64,000 bases of DNA. Origin: Plasmodiophora brassicae (taxonomy: Eukaryota). This document shows, piece by piece, positions 13,001 to 22,915 of the stretch. Position 1 is the stretch's first letter. The number at the start of each line of letters is the position of its first letter. Position numbers and translations under genes: made by a program. The stretch covers positions 1,054,001 to 1,118,000 of the forward strand of contig CP145417.1 in assembly GCA_036867785.1 (NCBI GenBank), read 5' to 3'. The notes below the pieces were generated by a model. The model had not been told where the DNA came from. It searched no databases and saw only the letters and a program-made list of their open reading frames with translations.

Positions 13001-14690
13001 CAACTTCGTTGACGAAGAAGTGCATGTGCTTATGCCCAATGGCCACAAGAATCTGAGTGATAATCTCCGTTTCGTTCTGCAGACACGGCCCCCGTTAGAA
13101 CATGAAATCACAGCGGCACTCTCGAATCGTGCCTCGGCGAGAGCTTTCTTCTTGGGAAGCAGGACCGTGACAATAGCCTGGACCTGGCCGGTGAACAGAT
13201 CCATGTTTTCGCGAAAGAACATCGTATTGATATCACGTATGTACTCGTTCGCGATGGCAAGACATCCAGCGCGTGTCTCGTAGTTTTTGAGACCATTAAC
13301 AACGAGCTTGAAAACGTCCTAGCAAACGTTCCTATCCACTGAGTATTGCGTCGATGCCTTCAACATGCATACGCGACATACGTCACGGTTGCTTGACAGG
13401 AAGAACGAAACTTGTCCAAGGCACACACAGGTAACCTATTCCGAGCACCTTTACGAAACAGCACATGGAACCCAACGGTGGCCGAACCATGAAGGAATAG
13501 CAGAAAAGCGAGTGCTTCGCCTTCTTTGACCATTTCCCAGCAAGCCGGTAGAGTCGGGCGAATACATTCCAAAATGGCAAGGCATGATCACTGGCTTCGA
13601 CGAGGTCCAATGCCCCGGGGCCTACATGCGTAATAGTGAGATGTCATGCCAGGTACAGGATGGCTGCTGCGTTAACCTGCAAGCATCTTTTGAAAGACCT
13701 TCTTGAGTGACAGGCAGATTTCAGCTCGCAGCACGCCGCGATCAATTTTGGCACTGATGAGAACAAGCTCTTCGAGGTAGCGATTCGTGCAGGCAATGTT
13801 ATCAAGGCAGAAGTGGAGCTCACCCACGGCACGTTGTACAATAACTGATATTGCCAGTTAGTGGGCGCCAGCAAGACAAGAGAACCGTCATACCGAACTC
13901 TCTTGCTTGCAGATCAGATTTGCAGCGTTTCATTCTGGAGAGGATTCCGTCAATAACATCGTCGAAGAACATCCTCGACAGCGCCCCCAAAGCACGGCAC
14001 GATGCGAACTGGACGGATGGACTCGAGGACTACTAGACCTTTCAAACATTGAAGTTTACATCCATTGCGCAATCCTGCTGACCAGTGATAGCCTCGAGAA
14101 GCAATACTCGATGAGCTTCGACGGAATCGACGGGTCGCAGTCCTCCTGTACGTATCGTATGGGCAAGCCGACGAAGCAAGATGGCCAGTGGCACGTACCT
14201 GCAGGGTGTCTCTGGCATCTATTGAGCTGAGAACCTCGGCCATACAGTCGAGGACCCAGAACTGAACAGAGTGCTCCCGCTGCTCCAGGGCTGACAGAGC
14301 GCGATCCTTCGTGCTGAAGCAGGGCGGATCAGCGGGGTCGGTATCGTTACGATTATCAGGACCCGATACCTGGGCATGAGTTTCTGCTCGTTGCTGGCGG
14401 TCGACTCGACGAATGACCGCGATATCGTAACGATCTCGTGCGACGCGTATAACGCCCGCGAGGCATTGGACATACATAGGCGTTTCAGCCACGATATGAT
14501 GTTCGCAGCGGATCGAACAACGTCATCCTATCACAGGGGGCAGGTCAGCGACGCAATGGTCAGGCGGGGAGCGAAACGCGTCTCCGACCTGCGTCATCTG
14601 GACCCGCCCAGGATCGCTCCAGGCGGCCAGCAGTTCACCGGCCTCGCCGAGCGTATGCTCAACGGCCTGGTCGCCGGCGACCTCATCCAT
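7051..14690 (-). CDS. Furry/Tao3 (MOR2-PAG1) cell-morphogenesis scaffold protein, many exons
   Basis: Run of minus-strand helical ORFs separated by short introns. WCQIALAWAMQCPDRQVSERSLVIYRSL resembles the MOR2-PAG1 C-terminal WA..C..R....RS..I.R motif. LESVCLLWLCHPESFVRREAWSLL resembles the N-terminal region. Acidic tail. Confidence 0.75.
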
Positions 14691-15134
14691 CAGATACGCG
14701 CCTGCCTCCTGTCCCCGCCCTGAACCATTCGTCTGCCTGCCGCTTCAGCAATGGGGAACGCGACCGATGCACCCTGCTCGTCAAAATCGCCAACGACGAT
14801 GCCTCTGGCGTCGAGTCGCGGCGCTGCCTTCAGACCCGCACCCGGCCAACCCCGATTTAGACCAAAAACGGGCCCTGGCTTTTGCACCCGGAATTTGAAC
14901 AACGTTGACGGCGTTCCCAACGGTTCCGGTCCTGGACGCCGCTGTCGACAACGGCTGCACACCTGACTACCCAAATACGATAGCATGATCATGGCGCATG
15001 GCCAACGACACGGGTATGGAATCCGGTTTCAACAAGATGACAAAGGTTTGCGGGTTACAGGTCGCAACGTCGACCGTCTAGGTGTACGGGCTGTCGCGGT
15101 GCGCCCGCAGTGCCAACCGAATCTTCAAATGCCT

Positions 15135-17299
15135 TTACTGCTGGTGCTTATGGAAGCAGTTGTTGCACCCGCCGGGCTTGAACGGGTTGACGACGAAGTC
15201 GTTGCAGTCGCATTCGCTGCACTGGTTGGGGATGTCGGCAGGAGGGGTCTGCGGCACCGATTTCGGGATGGGCAGCGCGATGCCTCGCGATACCGCCGGT
15301 GCCCCCGCACTGGTCTGCGCGTCCTGGGCGCTGGCCGATAGGAACTCCTTCGGTTTGCCCAGGCGTGGACCGACCGGCGAAACGCCCATGTTCTGGACGA
15401 CGCGTTTCGGGGCCGGCTGTGTCGCGTCCATCTTGCTCTCGTCGTCACGCACCGCTTCCGCTAGCTTCTCTTTGGGGTGGCGGCTGGCACCCGGTTTGCT
15501 GGCCGGCGGCGGCGGGCGACTCGCACGCAGGTCCTGCACATCGTCCTCGTTGGCGCTCACGCTGGCGCCGCCCGCCGCCTGCTCCATCTCGAAGTTCTCC
15601 TTGCTGTTCGCCTTGGGCGGTTTCCCACTGGGCGGCCTTGGCGGCGGTGGCGTCTTCGCTCTCACGGTCGGGTCGCCATCTGGCGGAGGCGGTTTCGCCG
15701 CTGCATCCGACGACGCCTGGTTCAGCTTCGCCTTCGGCGGTGCGTCTCCAAACGGCGACGGCGGCGATGGCTTATGGGCAGCGTTCGACGTCGTTGGCGC
15801 CGGCGGTTTCGGCTTGTCATTCGAAGTCGCCGGAGGCCCGCTGCTCTTGGGGTCGGCCGGTGGCGGCGCAGGCTTAGCGGGTTCGGACGTCTTTGGAGGA
15901 GGTGGCTTGGGACCCGCGGGACTGGCTTTCGACGGGCCCGGGCTGGGCTTGGCGGCGGCCGCGTCGGACCCCGATGACGTCCTCGTGCTGCGCTTCTGCG
16001 GCGCCGCCTCGTCGTCCGATTCGTTGTCCGGCTCCGGTGAAGGTGCCCGTTGTTCCGGTGCTGCCGGGACCGCGTCGTCGTCATCGTCGGGATCCGATTC
16101 CGGCGGCGATGTCACCCGCTTCGTTGACGGGCGGCTGCTCAGCTGGCTGGAGCTGCCACCATCGTTATCGTATCCGATGTGGCGTTCGGGTTTCGGCGGT
16201 GGCGACGCTTTCCGCATCGGGGTATCCGCCTCCACCACCACCACCACCTCTGCATCGTCGTCGCTGTCCAGCTTGGCGGCCACCTCGTCCTCATCGTCGC
16301 TGGGCGGGGGCGGCGGCGTCGATGGCCCCTTGGGGAACACCTTTGGCGGCACAGGTTGATTCGCGGTTGACGTCGTGTTCGACGGCAGCCGCTTAGTGGC
16401 TTGCGTCGCCTGCTGCTCGTCATCATCGACGTCGCTGTCCAGGTTTCCAGCGCTTCTGGCCTCCATCGACTGCGTCGATCGGATCTTGGGCCGCACGGCC
16501 GTTGCTGTCCCGGCGTTGGGCAGGCGCTCCTCGTGATCCTCCGTCTCCGACGCGCTGCTCAGATCGTCCTGGTGGCCGTCGTCGGCGGCGGTTGCGGCGT
16601 CCTGGACCTCGCGGGCGGCGGTTTCCCGCGCCTCGCGAACCGCGTTGCGAACGGCGGCGGCCTCGGCGGCCATCGCGGTCATGGCCGCCTTCGCCGGGTT
16701 CTCTTTACGAGGCTTTTCAACGGCCGGTTCCTGCCGGGCGGGTTCCGTCGGCCCCCCGAATTGGGTAGGAGACGTCAGCGACTTTCGCGGGCTGTTCGCC
16801 TGCCGACGAGGCCCGCGAGGGCGCTCCAGCTGCGCGCTGTGCAGGTCGCTGTCCCTGGTCGAATCGTTGACAGCGGGGGCTGGCGCCGGCACGTCTTTCT
16901 CGTGCGACTCCTTCTTGCCGCCGCCAAAGATTTTCCCGATCAGCCCTTTCCTGCCATCTGTAGGTTTCGCGGGTGGCACCGGTTGCGGCTGTGGGTTCGC
17001 CCTCGGCGGCGCCTGCTTCTGTACGGGTGCTTGCTGCTGCTGCTGCTGCTGCTGTTGTTCTTGGGCGATAGCGTTCGAGGCCTTGGCTGCGGCGCGGTAT
17101 CGATCAATGTGCACGGCGACATCCTTCCAGTAGGTCAGCTGGTTGTCATGAAGCATGACGAGGCCGGCGACGCTCTGGTGGAACCATGCCCGGCCGGCAG
17201 GCGGCAGGCTCTCCAGCTGCGGCACACACTCACTTCAACGGTCTCGTGGATGCTGGCTCGCAGGTCACGTACCCAGCGGACGTCGAAGCCGCTTGCCAT
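15135..17299 (-). CDS. Pro/acidic-rich cytoskeletal adaptor-like protein with a CPI-like motif and C-terminal Cys/His motif
   Basis: 696-aa ORF with a plausible first exon MASGFDVRW| (intron gtacgt..cgcag). Contains polyQ, DLHSAQLERPRGPRRQ and terminal CSECDCNDFVVNPFKPGGCNNCFHKH. Confidence 0.65.
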
Positions 17300-18079
17300 T
17301 GATGGCTCCGTCCTCTACAAGATCCACCGATATCGAGCAGCAGGGCGCGCGAGATATTCCCGGATCCATTCCTCGGTTGGTAGTGCGAATCTGGCCGGTA
17401 TCATTGTACTCGGGCACCTGCCATGTGCGGCTTCGTGGATGTCGACTGGAGCCGGAACGCTGATATCGGAGGCTCGCCGGTTAGGTTCCGGCGCTCGCCT
17501 GTTGGATCCTATATGCTCGGTCCGGTTTGGGTCCTATTTCCTGCCTGTTTCTGTAATGATACGAGAATAACGTTTGCATCTGGAATAGTGTGCACAGTCC
17601 AGGAGGATATAGGCCCTGGTGATCAGGTCGAATCAGTGGACGAGAGACGGCTGCGCTCACCTCCGTAGATGCTGACGTCATCGCCTCAGCGGGTCACTTC
17701 CGCCAATGCACTGCCTGCGTCCGCTCATTCGGTACTGGCCGCGAGACCTCAGGTCATTGACGTTCAACGTCGACAATCTGGTCGGGATGGAGCTACGGCT
17801 GGGAGATGTCATCCGGCAAGAAATCGCCGAGGGCCTTTGGTATGCAGGCCATTGTCGCCAGGTGATCGTGGAATGATGGGCGCCCGTGATCGGCTTCCCG
17901 GCACTTTGGTCGAGTTGCAGAAGAACGGCGGTTGATGCCCTCGACAATTACTTGCCGGATGACAACTCCCAGCCGTAACTGCTGGTGGAGGACGACCCAG
18001 ACGCAGCGAAGAATCCGATGACGCTGCCAGTGGTACGCTGGTCATTTGTGATATCGACCTCGTGCAGGGTGGCGTCATG

Positions 18080-19170
18080 GAACAGCATGTGCCGATCTTG
18101 GACATCGAGCCCAGTTGCCCATATAACAATCGGATGCTGCATGATCGGATCCTACGGGAATGCCCAAGAAAGTTCGGTCTACCTGCTCACCTGTGGACAG
18201 AGAGGATACCCATCAACGTATAACGTGGTGCGCCGATTGGATGATCTGTAATTTCAGTGCTGATTGAGAATTATTATTCTACGTTAGTCATAAAGCAGGC
18301 TAGGAGCACCCACCACTACGACTGGTCGGCGTTACGCGTTCGAAACGGGCACTTTCCTGATACGGAACACGTCATCAGCATGAGAGACTCAATGAGGACG
18401 TGTGAAAATACCGATACGCAGTCGACGGCAAGGTTGCAGACTAGAAGGAAGACATACAGACCCGAACTCGCCCCCGAACGCGAACACGGTTGAGAAGGTT
18501 TGTAACCCGTTCCTTTTCGGGTGCCCGACTCCAGTGATGGTGGAATCGTTGTCAATTAGATTCCAGGGCCAATTGGCGCAACACGTAAGTTGATGGGCAT
18601 CCTCTACCGTCCACAGGTGAGCAGGTAGACCGAACTTCCTTGGGCATTCCCGTAGGATCCGATCATGCAGCATCCGATTGTTATATGGGCAACTGGGCTC
18701 TCGTTCGCCACTGTTGTACGAAGCTGGGCCATACGTAAGATAGGTCTCTCGAAACAACATACAGAGCGCACGGCGCTCTTTGGTCAGCGGGATATGCGGC
18801 TGATTGGCCACAAACTTACCGATGTCCAAGATGGACATGACACCACCTGCATCAGCCGCGGTGCGCGTGACTGCCCAGGACAGCCCAGCCACAGTCGCAC
18901 AGCCACAGATGTATGTCCTGGTCGGGAAGGGCCTCGGGTCCACGCACCTGCATTGCTGTGCACCTTCTCCAGCTCGTTTAAGTCTACAATACGATATACC
19001 AAGATCATCAACCGATTAAAGATGTACCGTATGAGAAACGCGAGGTTCCCCAAGTGTACGCGCGCACTATCGGTATTCAAAAGTAGTATTGTTGTAATAT
19101 GGCTTATCCATATTAGAAGCGCACTGCAAGCGGTTCGATACGTTACCCGGGTGAAGCATTGCCGATACAT
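18080..19170 (-). pseudogene. Spliced gene or TE fragment of unknown identity with an inverted partial duplicate
   Basis: ORF 18389-18943 (SCPYNNRMLHDRILRECPRKFGLPAHLWT). ~18570-18700 is repeated in reverse orientation at ~18107-18240. Confidence 0.4.
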
Positions 19171-19321
19171 CATTCAGCCGGTTTCCAACGCCGAAGTTGG
19201 GAATCACGGGGTGCAGGGATGTAACGCCTGAACGGGCGCGTTGGCAAATGGCGCCTCAAATGGCGCCGACGGCAATAAAGTCCGAGACGACCGCGGACCG
19301 ACGGCAGTCGGTCAACGCGTG

Positions 19322-19547
19322 AGTCAGTTGAACCTGACAGTTTGACTGACTACCATGCCGCAGACGCGAGCAGCAACCCGGAAGACGAACGACGACAAGC
19401 CCGCCGAGACGGTGACGACTGACGTGATCGAGACGACTGACGAGGAGGCATGGAGAAGAGGATCGCGAAGGGCTTGTCGTCGTTCGTCTTCCGGGTTGCT
19501 CGCGTCTCCGGCATGGTAGTCGGTCAAACTGTCAGGTTCAACTGACT
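19322..19547. repeat. Inverted repeat (arms ~19322-19403 and ~19470-19547)
   Basis: agtcagttgaacctgacagtttgac..gacgacaagccc versus gggcttgtcgtc..gtcaaactgtcaggttcaactgact. Confidence 0.9.
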
Positions 19548-19605
19548 AGGGACAGTCCGTAAATGGTAGCTTCCTGCGAGGAGGATCGAACTCCCGTCGG
19601 TGGGA

Positions 19606-19927
19606 TGTTTTGTAGACCGGACCGCCCAACTACCTACCTAGGCCACGGGAGCGGCTGCTCTCGTGGGTGGCCTAGTTGGGCGTTCCGGTCTACACACAGC
19701 CTCTCCTGTCTCGCCCAAGAGGCCTTGATGAGTATTAACCGGCCGACTCGCGATACGGTCCCTCAGACAACAATGCGAGTTTCGTTTCCGGCACCGGTGG
19801 TTCGAGACCAGACGACATAAGCGAAGACGTTTCACCAATTCTCAGACTCGGTTCCGGTGCTGTGTGGGAAGAGGGTTCCAGTACCACTTCTGGCTCCGAC
19901 GACCAGGAGGTGACTGAGTTCCTAACA
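19606..19927 (+). mobile_element. Putative copia-type LTR remnant (TGTT...AACA) starting with a palindrome
   Basis: Purine-rich ggtggga precedes tgttttgtagacc and the stretch ends gttcctaaca. The first ~85 bp match 52174-52249. Confidence 0.4.
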
Positions 19928-20245
19928 ACAACTACTGCATTACTGAAAACAGTGGCGTGTAAATTTTCATGTAGTAAAGCGCACCATCTTTGTATTGGTA
20001 TTGAAGTTTCGACGTGCCCTTAAAGTTCCAGTTAACGTAAGCTGTAGGAGCAGGTGCATGCTTATTTTAATCAAGTGCACTGCAATCTAGCTAGACATGT
20101 ATAAAAGTACGAAAGTCGGCGTTCCCGCATCCTCCAGACGGACACCTCGATGGTGTGGCGACGGGAGAGCAATGTGTACAATCATACTACAGCGCTTGCC
20201 TGTGCCAGCACGTGCCAAGCCCTCTGCTGCGTCACGGAGGCCGCA

Positions 20246-20273
20246 GTGATGACGTCATCACGTACGCGCCAAT
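20246..20273 (+). promoter_or_regulatory. Palindromic CRE/UPRE-like bZIP site plus CCAAT box upstream of GRP94
   Basis: 16-bp perfect palindrome GTGATGACGTCATCAC followed by CCAAT, about 180 bp before the ATG. Confidence 0.45.
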
Positions 20274-20440
20274 AGGTTGACCTATATTTAGCTTCCGCCG
20301 CGGCGTGCCGCCCTTGTGTCTCTCCAGGCGCGCCCGTCCACGCGCTTCTCGAGAACGTTCCGACGGCCAGCCATTCCGCAATTGGTCGGCATTGTCGAAC
20401 AGCATCGCAGCCCGCCCCCGGTATCGTCGTCGTCGTCGCC

Positions 20441-22795
20441 ATGCGGTTCCTGTCGCCTGTCTGGGCCATCGGCGCCCTCCTGCTGCTGGCATTCGCTGCC
20501 GCGGGGACGCGCGCCGACGAGGCCGCTGCCGCGCCCGCTGGCGAGAAGTTCGAGTTCCAGGCCGAGGTCAACCGACTGATGAACATCATTATTAATTCGC
20601 TGTACACGAACCGTGACATTTTCGTCCGTGAGCTGGTGTCCAACGCGGCCGATGCCCTGGAGAAGATCCGGTTCCTGCGCGTGGCCTCGGAGCCCCTGAA
20701 GACCGAGGACGTCGAGCTCGACATTCGCATCATTCCGGATGCGAACGCGCAGACGCTGACGATCGTTGATCACGGTGTCGGTATGTCCAAGGAGGACCTC
20801 ATCGCCAACCTCGGTACGATTGCGCGATCCGGTACGACCAAGTTCGTCGAGGCGGCGTCCAAGGGCGGCGACAACGCCATGGGCCTCATCGGGCAGTTCG
20901 GTGTCGGTTTCTACTCGGCGTTCCTGGTCGCTGACAAGGTCACGTTCACGACGAAGCACGTGAACGACACGCAGTGGGTCTGGGTGTCCGACGCGTCGAC
21001 CGGTTTCGAGGTGTACAAGGACCCGGCCGGCGAGACGCTCGGCCCGCACGGTTCCTCCATCACGCTGCACCTGAAGGACGACGCCAAGGAGTTCGCCCAG
21101 GAGTCCAAGCTGCGCGACCTGGTACACAAGCACTCCGATTTCGTCCAGTACCCGATCTACCTGCAGGTGACGAAGGAGGTCGAGACCGAGGTCCCGGTTG
21201 AGGAGGCCCAGCCCGTCGAGAAGGACGAGGAGGGCACCGAGAAGAAGGAGTCCGAGGACCTGGACATCACCGAGGAGGACACCGAGGCCGAGAAGAAGCC
21301 GACGACGAAGAAGGTGAAGGAGTCCGTCAAGGAGTGGGAGCAGGTCAACTCCGGCAAGCCGCTCTGGGCGCGCCCCATCGACCAGATCACCAAGGAGGAG
21401 TACGTCAACTTCTACAAGGCGTTCGCCAAGGACGACAAGGAGCCGCTGATCCACTCGCACTTCAAGGCCGAGGGGAGCGTCGAGTTCACCGGTCTTCTGT
21501 ACATCCCCTCGGTCGCCCCGTACGACCTGTACGACAAGTACTACACGGACGCGAACCGCGCCATCAAGGTCTACGTCCGCCGCGTCCTGTTGACGGAATC
21601 AATCGATAAGGAGGCGCTCCCGCAGTACCTGAACTTTGTGAAGGGCGTCGTTGATTCGGAGGATCTCCCGATCAACGTCAACCGTGAGAGCCTGCAGAAG
21701 GACAACGGCGTCCTGAAGACGATCGGCAAGCGCGTCACGAAGAAGGTCCTGTCGATGCTCGAAGAGCTGGCCGAGATGCCGGCTGAGGAGGAGAAGAAGG
21801 ACGACGACGAGAAGAAGGATGACGACGAGAAGAAGGATGGCGACGCCGAGAAGAAGATGGCGCAGACGCCCTACGAGAAGTTCTGGTCGCAGTTCTCGCG
21901 CAGCATCAAGCTGGGCGTTCTCGAGGACAAGAAGAACAAGGGCAAGCTGGAGAAGCTGCTGCGGTTCAAGAGTCTGAACCACCCGGACAAGGTGATCTCG
22001 CTGGACGACTACGTCAGCGCCATGCCCGAGGGCCAGAAGGACATCTACTACATCTCCGGCCCGGACCAGGCCACCGTCGAGAAGTCGCCCATGCTCGAGC
22101 AGCTGAAGGCGCGCAAGTTCGACTGCCTGTTCTTCGTCGACAACATCGACGAGTACCTGGCCGGGGCGCTGACCGAGTTCGACGGCAAGAAGTTGCAGTC
22201 GGTGACGAAGGAGGGCCTCGACCTCGGCGAGATGACCCAGGAGGAGAAGGAGCTCCACGAGGACGTCGAGGAGGCGTTCAAGGAGACGCTCAAGTTCATG
22301 AAGGACACGCTGAAGGACCGCAAGGTCTCCAAGGTCGAGATCTCGAAGCGCCTGTCGGGCACGCCCGCCGTCCTCGTGTCGACCCGATGGGGATGGACGG
22401 CCAACATGGAGCGTATCATGCGCGGCCAGGCCATGGGCGACTTTGAGAAGCAGCGCTTCATGATCGGCGGGCGCACGCTGGAAGTGAACCCGGCGCACCC
22501 GATCATCAAGGAGATCAAGCGCCGCGTCGACCGGGACGAGACCGACGACCTGGAGTACATCTGCCACCTCGTCCTGGACGCCGCCCTGATCAACAGCGGG
22601 TTCACCCACGAGGACGTCCAGGACTTTGTCGGCCGCCTGAACCGGGTGCTCGAGACCAACCTGGGCGTCGTCGGCCAGCCCGTCGAGATGCCCGTCGTCC
22701 CCAAGAAGGAGCGGAAGGCGCCGGAGGACGCCGCGGCCGACAAGGAGGCCTTCGCCGACGACGACGACGATGACGACGACAAGGAGGAACTGTAG
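20441..22795 (+). CDS. HSP90B1: Endoplasmin / GRP94 (ER Hsp90)
   Basis: Signal peptide, FQAEVNRLMNIIINSLY, RELVSNAADAL, LGTIARSGT, IGQFGVGFYS, C-terminal KEEL. Intronless, 784 aa. Confidence 0.98.
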   Translation: MRFLSPVWAIGALLLLAFAAAGTRADEAAAAPAGEKFEFQAEVNRLMNIIINSLYTNRDIFVRELVSNAADALEKIRFLRVASEPLKTEDVELDIRIIPDANAQTLTIVDHGVGMSKEDLIANLGTIARSGTTKFVEAASKGGDNAMGLIGQFGVGFYSAFLVADKVTFTTKHVNDTQWVWVSDASTGFEVYKDPAGETLGPHGSSITLHLKDDAKEFAQESKLRDLVHKHSDFVQYPIYLQVTKEVETEVPVEEAQPVEKDEEGTEKKESEDLDITEEDTEAEKKPTTKKVKESVKEWEQVNSGKPLWARPIDQITKEEYVNFYKAFAKDDKEPLIHSHFKAEGSVEFTGLLYIPSVAPYDLYDKYYTDANRAIKVYVRRVLLTESIDKEALPQYLNFVKGVVDSEDLPINVNRESLQKDNGVLKTIGKRVTKKVLSMLEELAEMPAEEEKKDDDEKKDDDEKKDGDAEKKMAQTPYEKFWSQFSRSIKLGVLEDKKNKGKLEKLLRFKSLNHPDKVISLDDYVSAMPEGQKDIYYISGPDQATVEKSPMLEQLKARKFDCLFFVDNIDEYLAGALTEFDGKKLQSVTKEGLDLGEMTQEEKELHEDVEEAFKETLKFMKDTLKDRKVSKVEISKRLSGTPAVLVSTRWGWTANMERIMRGQAMGDFEKQRFMIGGRTLEVNPAHPIIKEIKRRVDRDETDDLEYICHLVLDAALINSGFTHEDVQDFVGRLNRVLETNLGVVGQPVEMPVVPKKERKAPEDAAADKEAFADDDDDDDDKEEL

Positions 22796-22915
22796 GCATA
22801 GGCCGCCGCTGACAATACACACGTTGGGGAGCGCGCGCATATGCACGAATCGGATGGTAGAGCTGGGCGGGGGCGTGACCTCGTGTATTACGCTACGCTC
22901 TACAGGGCCAGCGCG

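Noticed and set aside
19564-19600. tRNA fragment or PBS (tggtagc..gatcgaactccc)
   Set aside because: A T-arm-like stem is present on the minus strand, but the spacing to CCA does not fit a tRNA and no cloverleaf forms.
19790-19815. tRNA gene (ggttcgagacc)
   Set aside because: An isolated B-box-like motif without acceptor or anticodon stems.
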